Source: Raillietiella orientalis
Taxonomy: Eukaryota
Direction of reading: 5' to 3'
NCBI GenBank assembly: GCA_036172245.1
Contig: JAYWIR010000003.1
Span: 4,526,001 to 4,590,000, forward strand
DNA length: 64,000 nt
Below the pieces are notes generated by a model that was given only the letters and a program-made list of their open reading frames with translations, made no database searches and was not told the origin of the DNA. The position numbers and the translations under genes are program-made. Positions 12,451-26,149 of the stretch are shown piece after piece (within the stretch, counting starts at the first letter, position 1; the number at the start of each line of letters is the position of its first letter).

Positions 12451-14660
12451 GAGTACACTAAATTCCGTGTACTAAGATCATACTAAGATTCTGTAAGCTG
12501 AGTAAGTGATTATAACACATTCATCTCACAGGATTGATAGAAACACTATTAACAAGTAACAGTCGTGACCATTTTTTAAATAATAAGTTTTGATTTTAAA
12601 ATTAACGGAGAAAGCATCATGATATGTAAAAAAAAAAAAATGGACCATTTTAGGAGGAAGCCTATAGAAAATTATCCAAGTTACAAAAAAGAATTTTTGA
12701 AGAGCAATGCAATGTGAGAAAATTAAAGTGTAAAGGAAAACTCTCTTCCTCTCATTAGTCATCTCAAAATGAGTCTAATTTTGTGATGGAGTTTCAAGGA
12801 CTTGTATTAAGTTACTCACGAGTGGCTTTAAATTAAAGATTTGATTATTACCGTGAACTTAACGCCAACTACGTTTCTGAACTTTGTAAACTTTTATCTG
12901 TAACTTCTATTAAAAATTACACGGTTCAGGTCAGAAAAGTCGAAGCTATGGATAAGATACATACCTGGTTGATGCACATTGAATTAAATTTATTAATATT
13001 TGATCAAAGTGTAGACAGGCTTAATTTAGTGTTTATCCGATTACTTGATTCAGAAGTACGTATTCCAAGTAAACACGGATCATCATTGCTTACATGTTTT
13101 ATGCTTTTTGTTACCAACTTAGTAATTGAATTGGTCTATTCTGAATATTAATTCTAAATTATTTAATGATAATTTATTTTCATTAGCAATTTACAGCAAT
13201 CATATACTTCCTATTAAAGCTGAAAATGCATTATTTTTGAGAGAACAATATGGTAATCCATGATGTGTTTATTTCTAGTTTTCCAAAAGTATCGGAGTGT
13301 GGTGTTTTGTAAATGTGCGAATTGATGGTTGTGATTGTAAGATTTGCATTGAATGAATCCTTATCTTGAGTTAAGCTGGCCCCATTCTAAAGTGCTAGTT
13401 TTAGTCAGATGTTATAAATTTTCTGGTAGATTACGTAAACGAGAAAATTCTGCTTCCTGTGTTATTTCCAGTGGCTGAATCCCATGACCTCATGTTTACT
13501 GCGGTAACACAATCACCCTGTTTAAATAAATGCATAATTTTAAAAACTCATATTGTAATTTCTTAACAAATAACTGTTCAACGAATACACCCACGACATT
13601 CTGGCCACTCAGAGAATCCCGGTCCACATGCGTTTCTATCCGTGGGCATTCCGAAAACTTCATTTGCCTTGTTCATTGTGTTTCAAGAAAATTTTGAAAG
13701 TTTCACTTGGTCATTTAAAGGCTTAAAGTACCACTCGCATAGCTCATGAGTACATACATTTCGTTAGCCGAATTCTTTGCTATGTATGTTGCTCTTCTGG
13801 TTTCATTTGCCAAAAGATAGTGAGATGGCTCTACAAATTTTCGAAAAGGTTGCATCAACAGGATCATTGTGATGTAAGTATCAGTAGCATGAGATTTATT
13901 ATTTGCTAGCAGTTAAAGTTTCTGTCGGCAAAGCAATGAAGAAACTTTGCATAGCCTATTTGCAATGTAAAAACATTAGAATGAATGAATGTCATCCTAT
14001 GTTCATCTCATTACTCCCATTTCTGTGTGCTCTAATATGTACCCGATATTCTTCAGTAATGGCAGTGTTCTACGAGCATTGTTAATCGTCAATTAATCAA
14101 ATAAGCAGTTACGTAGAGTATAATAGTGTAAGTTGCATGCCAGACAAACAAGTGATTATTATAGAAATTTTGCAATGAATTTTTTTTTTTATAACTATTT
14201 TGCACAGTTCGAAAGTGTACCACAGTGCATGCTTTTCCGCACAGTAAATTGACATTTGGTATAATTGCGAGTTGCACATATCTTCTATAGTTTTTTTGTA
14301 TTTAATTCCGTCGTTGAATCAAGTGTATACATGGTGATATTTTCGAAATCATAGAACTTTATAAGAATCGTTAAACTTCCTATCGATTGCATTTTTGAAT
14401 CACCTATTTATTGGGAGCTAGATCACAATTGTATGTTAGTCTTGTAGCATGTACTTAAAAGAGTTGGAGGATATAAAATAATTCCACATCTGTTTGTTGA
14501 TATCACTGCATTCAGCAAGAAACTGTTTTCTAGTACTTGTAGCAAGGTCGCCATTTATTTTTAGGCATAACCATAATCGAAGTGATTGATTAACTAGCTT
14601 AATCATTGTGAAAATTATTGTAAATTTAATTCCTCTTTTAGTTTCAGCATACAACCAGGT

Positions 14661-14851
14661 GTTAATTTTTCTGATTGTAGAGTTCATGATTCTGATTTTA
14701 TTCGATGATACTCAAAACTAAAAAGCTTCATTATTATAGATGAGAACATACCAAAACAAAATATCCACTGACAAGCTTCGTCTCATTTTATTGTTTTCAT
14801 TCACATGATTGGGGTTAATTTTTCTGATTACAGAGTTCATGATTCTGATTT
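14661..14851 (+). repeat. 38-bp direct repeat, two copies 153 bp apart
   Basis: GTTAATTTTTCTGATT(GT/AC)AGAGTTCATGATTCTGATTT at 14661-14698 and 14814-14851. Confidence 0.85.
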
Positions 14852-16289
14852 CAGTCAACGATTTTTATTTTAGCATCTTTGTCCTTCGTTGTGTGTCCTC
14901 TCTTTGAACTCTTTTCCTATAAGATGAGAAAAAAGTTTTTTAATAACTTATAATGAGTCCAGCATCATTTCAATTTCTGTAGGTTATTCTTGAATATTTA
15001 TATCACCCTTAAATGAAGTCATCAGAGTCTGATTTTTGCGTGGGCACCATTTTTACTTGACATTTTGTCTTCTGATTGTATTGAAGAAGTTTTCAAGTTC
15101 ATTTTTTTGTACATCAATACACTTGCTTCTCCTTTTATCAGACCTTTGTATTGCATTTTTCTTTTTAGTTTACCTACTTCCTCTGTTGAGTGATTCTTTC
15201 ATAAATGTATTTGTTTATGATGTCATTGCTTTTAAATGTTCCCGAAACTGTATAACTGATTTTTATATTGGCATCAATTAATGAGTTCCTCATGCTAATG
15301 CACAGGAAATTTTTCCAACTTTGATCTCTGTTCAGCAATGCATTAAATTTGTTAGCACTAGCTTTAGCTAGTGCTAGTGCAATGTGTAGCACTCAGTAAT
15401 GCACATTGAAACAGTTATCTGCTAGGGTTCAAGATGGCAAGAATTTTGCTTGTTGGGAGTTGCTGTTTATAGTGAAAAATTGTGAGAGATTTCTATTAAA
15501 AAAAATACTGATAGGAATATCAATTTTATTAAACTTGCTATTCTCAAGAAGAGAACCATAGATAATAATAATTGTATTATTAGCTCTTACAAGCCTAATA
15601 TACTATGAGGGATTTTCATGCATTATTTTTAGCAAATCAGTTTTGGTAAACCAAAATCGTTTAGCAAACGATAGACCCATGTGCCGTTTTCACTCAGGAT
15701 GTGATATGCCATTGAGATGCAAGAAAAGTAATAGATCAGTGCTTGTTTTAATCTGTTTGGAGGGGGGGGATCAAAAAGTAATTTGGTCCTTGGTATCTTT
15801 TGTTCCTTATTTCACTAATTTTAAGAACGTACAATAATGATTGAAATGCTCATTAGCCATGGAGCTTTGCTGAAAGCCCCAATTACTGATTTCAAAACGC
15901 ATGCCAGAATTCGAAGTAGAATGCATTTGCATGAATTTCCTGCACAAAGGTTGATTGTAAACGAAAGCAAGAAACATTTGATTTGCAGTAAGGTCAAAAA
16001 CAGTAAACGTAGGAAGAATAAAGCCATGTACCAACGGTAGAAAGCCAGCGTGGATGGGGTACTCTCAACTAAAAAGCCTTATGATCATAGACGAGCACGT
16101 ACGAATTGTGGGTTTCGAGGGTTTCTGTATTCTCGAAGGGAAAATATCCAAGGTAGCTAAGATGCTTTGTAGGCAACATGCTCACATTTTGTCATGTATT
16201 CCACGGTCACGCAAAATTCCATATCGAATGTGCTGCTTGTAGTTTTTAGCAGTTTTTTTTTTTTTTTTTTTTTTTTACTGTGGTCACTA

Positions 16290-16560
16290 AACTTCTCGTG
16301 ACCCCCGCAAATCGCTTTTTACGTTAATTCGTTAATTAGGCATTAAGTTTGACGGATGGTAAGCATGCTGGCCGACAGCCCACGTGTTATTCATAAGCAA
16401 ACGACATTTCGGCGTTTCGAGATGATCGCATGCAGATAGATCGTTTGTAAATTTGTAAACAAAAGCGAAAAGCGGCCGAAGTGGACAGCGGGGGGGCGAC
16501 GGTCTACTTCATCCACTTCCGTGTTGCCACCGTATCATGCGGAGTGAATGTGTGTAATGT
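16290..16560 (+). promoter_or_regulatory. Candidate MED1 promoter / first non-coding exon
   Basis: Local CpG-rich patch at the end of the AT-rich block. Contains ETS-like CACTTCCG (~16514-16521) and donor-like ATG|GTAAGC (~16359) and GA|GTGAAT (~16544). A probable UTR exon lies at 19311-19368. Inference only. Confidence 0.25.
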
Positions 16561-19491
16561 GGCATAATTTTCTGCTGCGTCCGTGTGTCATCTGGAGGTG
16601 TTCAGTCCGACCGTTGGAAGGGCCACCTGCTTGGTGTTGCATGGGATTTCTGTTTGCTCGTGGTTTCGTGTTTCCACCATCGCTTGATGTAACGGTCTTG
16701 AACAGTAAAGTGCTGACGATCCTTTCTGTTTAGTGGTTAACGTCTATAACTTGTCGCACACCTGAAAAGATCCTTGTGCCACGGTGCCACCCAGGAGTAA
16801 ATGACACGCAGCAGATGAGCAGATTACGTTAGCAAAGTGCGAGCCACGGATCCTTGTGGATCCGCCACCCCAAATGCATGTGCCGCCTCGAGGCATTTCA
16901 GGTCGCAGAAGAAGGAGAAAGGGGGAAAGAAGAAAAGTGTGCAAGAGTGGTCTGTGTAGACCAGTGTGGCTGTTCGGGAAGCAGCATTCTTTTTACCGAA
17001 GCGTGCCAAGGCAGCAGCGCCCTTCGATGACTTTCCTCTTCCGCGGTTCGGCACAGCAAACCAAGAAGAGGATCTTTCCCGCGTTCTTCACTTACCGTTG
17101 CGAGTTGGTGCTGCAGGCGAGTTGCACCCCACCCTCGCAGGCTTCATCTTTCGAGATAACTGAGCGGGAATTTTTTTCTTTCGAATGAAACTGCATCGTT
17201 GTTTTGGGAACAGAAGGTTGGGGAGGAGGGGGGCGGGGAGGGGAACTTTGCGAACCGTGACGTGCTGTGTGTGAGAACAGCCCCTCATTATTGGGGTGGA
17301 AGGGGATCTTCGACCCATTCCCACTTGTTGCATTTCGCGTTTGCCTTATCAGTTTCAAGGTGCAGGGTGTTCATCCTAACCCGTCGGGTTTTTGGCATCG
17401 CATTTCTCGAGTGCTGAGGATTATATAGCAGTCACCACTATAGAAGTGTCCGTGTAAAGTATCGTCAATGTGACAGGGAAGAAAGTTTGCAATCTCCCAG
17501 ATAGTAATTCCGGGAAGCTGACCAGTCTCTTCTTCTTAAAAAAAATCGGAGTAATTAAGGTTTGGTTTCTCTAAGGATTCGTCCCATTTTTTTGGTCTCA
17601 ACAGATTGGGACCATTTCGACTTATATGACTTTCCATATTTTTCATTGGTCACTTCTTTCATCCCTTCCGGTACTTTCGCTTGATCTTTATCAGCTTGTC
17701 CACGATCTTTTCCAGATCGCCTCAAACGCGATTTTCGTGCCATTGCATCTTTCGTGCAATTCTCTTCATCATTGAAAATAGTTTCCCTTTACATTGCTGC
17801 GTATCTCCTTTCCATCGAGCAATCCATTAATGGAAAAATTGGTTTCTTTAATTTTATTATGCGGTTTCCTAGGCAAGGCGAGATCAGGATTTCCTGTCAC
17901 TGAGGCCACCCGGCTTTCCTCCTGCTTTTCTTTCGATGTTCCGCTATTCCGTCCCGCCCCCCCCCCCCCCCCATGCCCCCGTGTTCCCCGTCTGCTCCCC
18001 AGCGATGCCGTCTCGGTGCGGAACGAGAGGTGCTGAAAACGATTCCAACAAGCAGCGTGCTTGTTATCAGCTTTTTAAGCACCGCCGAGCGTGGCAGAAG
18101 TTGCCCTCGACCGGGACGGCAGTAAAGCACGAATGTCGCCAGCCCGACGGTGCCACCCGTTGGCCCTCTCTTCCAAGTCTTTGTTTTTGCCCTCGAACTG
18201 TGGTCCCCTTACGGCAGCGCTGTCCCATGTTCCCCGCTGAGCATTTTTCCGGGCCGTTTGCTGCCCTTCCGCGTGTCTCCGGTGCTGCCCGTTCTTGGGC
18301 TCTTTCCCGGATGGCGCCGTCCGAGAACGTGAAAAAGAAAAAAAAAAAAAAAAAAAATGGCGCGCCGTCGTGAACGTTAGCATCTCGGAGTATGTAACAC
18401 CTGGCCATCCGATCTGCACGCGGAGAGCAGTGGGTGACTGTGTGGGCTTCCGGTGCGGAAGTCGTCCGGTCCGTTTTGCAGCGCATCTTCGGCCGCAGCC
18501 GGTTGCCTGGGAACCGGTGGATCCGAGCGTGCCTGTGGCTACTTGGGCCAGCACTCGGGTTCTCCTCCGAGGCTCCTCCGATGTAAAGGAGCGCAATTTC
18601 TTCTGTTGCTGCAAAGCGAAGATGATTTCGTGTGATTTTGGCGTTCGGCATGCTTTTTTCCTTTTTTTTGTTTTTTTTCTTGAGAATCCTCTCCTGATCC
18701 TTGTCTCCCCGTTGTTTGTGCTCCTTGCATTCGATTCGAACTCGCGTCGTCAGGACATACCGGAGTATCAAAAGTACCGGTGCTTTTCCGTTTTCAAGGC
18801 ACCCTGGGATGAACTTTTCAAATTTTGCTTTTCCCCTCACAAAAAGGATAAAAAATGCACAAAGAAAAAAAAAAAGAAACAGTCGAACATGCCAGTTCTA
18901 ACTGTTTCTTTTACCACTACTGATAGGTGTTTCGTTTTTAGTATCATTGCGATTGTTATTGATCTTGTAAGTAATATTCTTTTCAGTCAGCTTAGCTGCG
19001 AATTCCGAGAAAAATAACAGTTTTCATCAGTTATTCAATCAGTTTGTATCACTGATAACGAAATGTTCGTTAAAGTTTGAAATTTCGCAGATGAATTCCT
19101 AAATTTTTTTGTGATTTCGATCATGTGTAAATACATATCAAAATTTCAAGAATTGTTATTGTGATTCAGAATTAAGAATTCGTGTGCAACAATTGACACT
19201 GGAAAATGTTTTATCTCCATGCCACACTGTTATGTGATCAATAGATATCAAGAAGTGTTTTAACTGGTACTCTGCCAAAGATAACACCAAGAAATTGGTG
19301 TTGTAATTAGGTATCTCAAATGGCTGAAAGGATTAACCAGCAGCCTTGTTATTTCTGGCATCAGCCAGGTATGTACATGCATGTACAATACGTTTCTCAT
19401 TTGATAAAGTCAGGCAGAAACTATTAGGGAATCACTATTGGTTATCACTCTGTAATGATGTTTATTTCTTTTTAGCATATGTCATGTGCCA

Positions 19492-22400
19492 ATGATGAAT
19501 GTATCAAAAATGGGATCTTCAGGTGAGTTTTCACAATATTATGGACTCAAGGCAGAATAGGACCCTTGACCATTTTAAACTTTTCATAAAGCACCGTATT
19601 TGAATTGTGATTTGTGTTCAAAGACCCAAATGTACGGAAACTCAATTAAGAGGTTTACTAATTGAGCAAATAATGATTTGTCTGTTACATATATTTCAGA
19701 TATATATCGTGACAAATGCATAGATAATCGTATTTTGCCCAGTTGATTGATGTGATTGTTGCTAGCTTTCCATTTTTCATACATGGATTCTTTGGAAAAT
19801 GGGAACAAGCAGAGACCCAGAAACTTTATGAGAAGTCTTGCACAACATCTCATAGAGTTTCTAGGTCTCTCGTATCTCGATTGAGAATCATAAATGAACT
19901 GTATTCAACTGTAGTAGCCTAAAATTATGTGATTTATTTTTTTTAGCTCCAAATACCAAGCATTCATGTGGAGATGGTGCCCTCAAGTTGCTGATGGAAC
20001 GACTCAGGAGCAAAAGCAGCCAACAGAAGTCGTGGTTGGAATTTGCCAAGAGTGCCAGAAGCAATACTTTGGTAAGGAAGAGGTACATCAGATAAATATT
20101 AACACTCAACTTTGATAGGATAAGCGCCCATTAGTTGATCCACAGGAGCAGCAACAACTGCGGTTCTGCCTGGATATCCTGCGCTCATCATTAAGAGCCT
20201 GCTCTCTGGCAGATATGGTGGAACGCTTAGAAAATGTTAGCAATCAGCTAGGGTAGGACTGATATCCGGCGTGTTCCGGTGTTAATGCTGTTTCCAGGCT
20301 TAAATTCCATGTTACCAACTTGACCAACTGTTTCATATCTTCCGAAATGTTTTACTTAGAAATTGTGCTGGATTCCCAAGGGAGAGTAAATGATGTAAAA
20401 GTGGCCCACCAAGTGGATAGTGATCCCCAAAATTGTCCAGGACTCATCCAAGTGATTAATGAGGGCAATTTTTCCTTACTCATGGAGCATCTGAAAGGCT
20501 TTGCATTGGTGTATGATTTAGATGTAGACAAGAAACTACGCACGAAAGCATGGGTTGCTCTATCTGCTCTTGAAAATGACCTTGCTCATGTAGCACAGTG
20601 CCAGAGCTCCATTGCTGATATCAACAATCTCGTGCACAAATCTCCTCTTGGTGTGGTACAGCTCCGCAATGGTGGTTTATCAATGAAACTCACTTACTTT
20701 GTGTCTCCCTACAATTTGTTTGATGAAGCTAGTGGGACAATGAAACCTTTCACAGTGGACACTATTCTGGCATCACAGTTGGGTTACTGTGCATTGCTCA
20801 GCATTGAAGGATCATCAGCATCCCATAGGCTTCAAACACAAAGTCTCCTCATGGTTTCCAAGAATGAGGGCAAGAATAATTTGCCTTCGTTTTCTCCTCT
20901 TATGCCCCAGAATAGCATGATGTTTCCTGCTGTTTTTGTCCTTCGTTTGCAACTTCCCTGCCCAATGCATGTAGCTTTGATTCAGCAGATCCAGCAGATC
21001 ACTGGAATTGATATTCCTTGTTCTAATCCTGAGTGCCTGTTTCATCTGATTGTCAGCCAGGCATCTCAAGGGCAGCTGGACATGCACAATCAGAAGTGCC
21101 TATTTGTGGTAAGCTGAGATGCATGCTTACACTTGTAAAAGAACTTTCTAGACACTGTCTGACCATCAACATTGTTATTTCCTGAGTGCTGGTGAGGGTC
21201 TACAAGGGATGTTAGTAGACCGTATTCCTTTCTGCCATCCCACGCATGTTCCTCAGATTCTTGTTTTGTTGCGACAGCAAGTTATTTTCAACGAACTTTT
21301 GGGGAGCTGTGTGCGTCCCAACAGTCGTCAGGACTTGGATAACTGTCTAACTTTTGAACTGATGGCTCAGTCTTGGCAAGAAATCAATGTAGTTTTCCAG
21401 CATCCTTGTGAAGAAAGTTTGTCCACAGCTACATTTAATTTAAGAGATGTAGCAAATGTAGGTTGTCAGATTCACACAGTACATGAAGACTTTCTCCTGT
21501 GTTCTCCGGACTACGCCTCCCGTATCCTTCAAGCATCACTGTCTATTCCCATCACAATGCGTGCTATCTTTCAAAGAACACAGCGCAATCAGAAGCAGTA
21601 TGCCTTTAGACGAACTACTGATTCACCCGTGCATGTTGGCCTTGGTGTTAAAGTGGATGCAGAAGGGATGGAGTCCAAGCCAGTTCTTTTGACAGGCGAC
21701 CAAACCCGAGGCCGGAAGAGAAAAGCTCCTGATTCAGAACCATCTGTTGCTGAGAGTGCACCCAAAAGTGCCCAAGGAAGTGAACCAAACAGGAAGATTC
21801 CCAGAACTGTAGATCATCCGGTTGATGGAGTCACAGCACCCCACAAACCTGAGTTGGGAGAGCAAGTGAAAACAGAAAAACGATTCGACGGTCATGGCAA
21901 GTTATCTTCGTGTGCTTCTAAGGATAGTGCAGAATCGGAATGCGGAGCAGACAGTGAAGTGGATTCTGAGGAGATTGATATGGAATCTGTAGAAGCTACT
22001 TTGGGTACATTAGGATTATCAGTTCTACCCATTGGTAGCAAACCTGGGGACAAAAAAGGAAAGCACGCCCCTAAGCTGAAGTTGGATTCTTGCTCGATCC
22101 AAGCCATTCCTGATAACCAAGGCTCCCCTGTTATAGTGGAGTTTTCGGACAAAGCATCTCTGACAGCACTCAGCATAACCACCCTCTCGAATTCCGCTAC
22201 TCCTGGTTCCACAGGCTGCTTTCCCGAAAACTGTGCAATTAATCCAAGTTTTTTAGGTTTGGGTCTGGAGAAACGTCCTGGCATAGAAATCATTCCAATT
22301 CCCTCGAACAGCCCGGATGATTCATCATCCGAGGAAAGAAGGGGACGCGATGCAGATAAATTGAAAATTCGCAAGCCCGATGACTGTGACAGGAAGAAAA

Positions 22401-24760
22401 AGGAAAAGAAGAAGAAACGCGAGGAAGGTGTGGTTTTTGACCGTACCGCTGCCAAAATCCCGATGGGCCCTCCGTTGCAATATGTGGGGAAAGGGAACGA
22501 AAAGGGGAAACAGGAACCCACGGTGATCAAACCGTTAACGTTGAGCATCCGCTCGCAAACTCCGCCTTCCCCCGTCTATATCCCCAAAAGTGATCTAGCC
22601 CTTTCACGCCAGACAAGTCCCCGACTCGCCATGGCTGCGAACAGCGTGTCTCCGAAGCTTTCGCTGAGTCCTAAGCCCCAGCATCCAAGCTTCAAACCGA
22701 ATTTGTCCGCATCTCCAAAACAATGTCCGGTTCCGGCATCCAGTCCCCGACAGGTGTCTCCGAAGACGTACTGTGGATCCAAGATCACCCTGTCGCCCAA
22801 GTTGCCACAGAGTTCAGGGAAACCGAGTTTGTCCGCCCTCAAATCTGCATCCCCTCTGTTGAAATCGTCTCCACTTCCCAAGCAGAAAAAGAAGACAGTG
22901 ACGTCTGTTCCTGCTACTCCCGCACCCCATGTAAAGTCCAACCGAATTAAACAGAGTCTGTCGAGTTCCAGCATTTCAGTGGCTGAGAATACTGCCAATG
23001 CCTACCACGAAACTGATCTTCTGCAGAGGTCCCTGTCATCCGGGAATCTTCTCACGTCCGGCAACGGACACAGCAAGAACAAAAAGAGCTCGTTGTCGGC
23101 CGTCATCGACAAGTTGCGGTCGGCCCAGAATCCGGACTCCTGCAGGAAGGAGTGCGTGAGCGAACCGAAAGACAAGAAAGAAAGGAAGTCTCCCGACGAC
23201 AAGCTGTGCAATTCTTTTAAGACCGATGCTCGCGCCAAAGCAGAATCGAGTCAGAAGCGAGCCGAGTTCACCGTGAAGCCCAGCTTGCAAGGTCTGAAGC
23301 TGATGGTCACGAAGACCAAAAACACGGATGGCAGCACGAAGCTGTCCTCCACAGTCAAAGGGACGAACATGCCGAAGGAGCGGACGGACACGAAATCTCC
23401 CGTGCCGACGTCCAGCAAGCTGAACACAGTTCCCGCTTCTACGAAATCACTGATGCAGGTGACGTCTGCGAGGAAGACGAAGAACTGCGACTCCCCCACC
23501 AGCTTCGCGTCCGTCCCCCTTCCTTCTTTCCAGTCGGGGAAGCCGGCTTTGCTTTCGAACAACGCCGCTCCCAAACTGAAGCCATCTTCCCCGAAGCTCA
23601 ACAACTTCGGGGAGATGAAAGCCAAGGAGAAGTTGAGCAAGATGGAGAAGAAGCTGCACCAGAAGCAGAACACGCCCGTGGAGAAGCTGAGGACCACTGG
23701 GGAGACGGACGCGGACAAGGTCTTCAACAAGCTGCTGCAGAGCTGGGCGGATGCCGGGACGGAGCAGAAGTCCCTGGCGAAGTACAAGATTCCCAAGCGG
23801 GAGTCGAAGCCGGACGCGGACGCTCCGAAGATCATGAGAACGGAAATTTCGAAACCTGGAACGGTCATCATACGCTCGGACGCCGCGAAGGCGCAGAGGC
23901 TGGAGTCGGAGGACAAGGCGAAGCAGGAGAAGCGCCTGTCTGCGTTCCAGCAAGCATCGCAGGCCCCCCCTGCGGTCCTGAAGCCCGGTGTGCCTTCCGC
24001 GAGCCCCACGCTGCCCGCAGCGAGCGAAGCTGGCGGGAAGGTCGCCCAGCCAGACAGCGGTGAGTTCAGCATCGGTAAGCGTCCCGTTCGCTTTTGCGAC
24101 GTTCCAGGAAGTGACCGGGATCCCACTTTTCTTGCAGCGAAGTGCGGCGAGTCCCGGGCGGAAAAGGAAGCTTGCGTCGGCTCCGGCAGCTTCCAGCCCC
24201 TGAACCTGGTTCTCCACAAGGAGATGGAAGGCATAGAGAAGATCGGCTTTTACACGGAGACGAGCAGCTTCTGCGACGAGAAGAAACCGGAGCACAGCTA
24301 CGAGCCTTCTCCTCCCCCTCCCCCTCCTCCCGTAAGCGTGGACGTGCCTTGCTCCGAAAACCTGAAGGATCAGTGGCAGAAGAACGCGAACGAGCAGAAG
24401 GAAGCCAGCGCGACCTCGCAGAAGAACTCGGCCGCCAGCTGCTCGGAATTTTCCGGCATGCAGTCGTCGTCGTCGTTCGACTCCACGAACTTGGAAAGCA
24501 GTCCGGGAGATCACCTCGTCATCGACATCTCCTACGACGGGTCTTCTCAGCAGCACGCGGCGAGCCCTCCGCCCACCTCGAACGAGTCGGAGTTTGTTGA
24601 ACCGGCGGTCCAGAAAGCCGCGGAATCTCCGCAAGCCCATTCTGTCCGCCTCAGCCGCAACTCTTCGCCAGCTTCCATATCTCCGAGATCCGCGGGAGCG
24701 TCCCCGTTCGTCATCGACGACGAGCTGATGGACGAAGCTCTTCTGCTGAAGCAGTCCTAG
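19492..24760 (+). CDS. MED1: Mediator of RNA polymerase II transcription subunit 1, ~1569 aa
   Basis: Exons 19492-19522 (start codon uncertain), 19947-20071, 20119-20252, 20298-21108, 21152-24760; GT-AG, 4710 nt in frame. Med1 domain: LLMERLRSK, MVERLE, CFISSEMFYLEIVLD..DVKVAH, ALSALENDL, MKLTYFVSPY, QHCYFL, IPFCHPTHVPQIL, SLSIPITMRAI. Long Ser/Lys/Pro-rich tail with SLSAVIDKL and C-terminal IDDELMDEAL as in other metazoan MED1. Confidence 0.95.
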
Positions 24761-26149
24761 TGTCGGGACGGCGAGGGGGGGGGGGAGTGCCCCGGGATAG
24801 GGCGGCTGCCCCTCCTCCTCTCCCGCTCTTGCCACATCGCAGGGAGCCCCTCGCGGGGGAAAAAAAGAAACGAGCGCATGCGGGGTGCGTCCCCGGCCCT
24901 CCCCCCCCCCCCCCCCCGTGAGGCGTTCGCGTGGGACCGCGGCCGGCCCTGCTCTCCCTGCAGTCCACGAGAAACCCGGGCGGGTCGCCGATCCAGAGGA
25001 GAAGGAAAAAGCGCGCGCGCACGTTGCTGTTCCAGAGTGGCGCGTGCGCCCACTCCCCCGGCTGCCACGGTGACCCCCGGCCTCGGGCCGAGCCGCCCCA
25101 GGGAAAGCTGCGTAAAGAAGTCGGACGTTCGGAGCAGCGCACCCATCGGCCGCTGCCGCCGCTTTTCTTTTTCCTTTTTTGGCGCGACGCGGCCGGTTGA
25201 AGTGCGTGCGTATCGTACGTACGTGAGAGCGCCGTACACCCGGATAATAGAGCGTACTCGCAAGCTGATTTCTTGTGTCGGCATATTTTTTTTTTTGTTT
25301 TATACATATATATATATATCCATATATCTATGTTACTTTTTCCAGAAAATCGTTTCCCTCCTCACATGCTGCGTTATTGGCCATATTGTATCATCGATGA
25401 TGGAACCAACGAAAGTATAATAATAATAATAATAATAGTGGACTTGTAATGATGACAAATATATGTTCTATGCATTGGTTATTCTTTTTGTTTTTTTTTT
25501 TCCTGTGTGTCAGGCGTGTTGAGGCGCTTAATGTGGAAAAAGGTGAAAATTTTCGTGCTTTGTGGACGTCGTTAGCTCGGTTGGTACGCCTTCCTGCGCT
25601 CGTCTGTGCTCTCGCGCTTGCCGTTGCCATGGTTCTTTTCCCTGTCCACGGCACCAGCCGTACGCACGAAATCGCGTTCGAATTTCCAGCAGCCCACGTA
25701 AAACCCCCTTTTGCTTCTTTGTGGGCCGCTGCCAGTAGGGGTAGGAGAATCATAGTACAGGCGGCACAACTTTGTTGTATATTAAAATGGGGCGAGTGGA
25801 GAGATTTAATTAGCAGAATCGCTTCGTGCCGCTTTGACCGCCGCCTTGACCGCTTGTCTCCAGGTGATGTGGAGGTAATTGAGGGATAATTGTCTCTTGC
25901 AGCCTTTTTTGCTTTTTTTTTTTTTTTTTTTTTTTTCGCTCCTTTCCCACTTTCGAGAGTTCGTGTGCTTCCATTAAAATCAGTGGCTCGATCGAATTTC
26001 GGCTCCGCATTCGGAGTGCGTTGTTTGTATGACTCATGGAGCCTTAGCCTGTTTTTCTCTCCCGTTTTATTACCTCCCCCCCCCTCCCCCCCCCGAAACG
26101 CCACTCGTGGTGCAGGCAGATGCTTAACCTTAGCCCAAGACACATTCAG

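Noticed and set aside
13002..13014. GATCAAAGTGTAG resembling U2 snRNA
   Set aside because: Only 13 nt; the flanks do not match U2.
18000..18800. Possible second MULE remnant (ERANGWHRR) and other TE-like peptides at 7100-7720, 13500-16200, 27800-28400 and 49000-50000
   Set aside because: Only single weak motifs; not supportable without a profile search.
23251..24835. 327-aa and 462-aa minus-strand ORFs
   Set aside because: Antisense shadows of the GC3-rich end of MED1.
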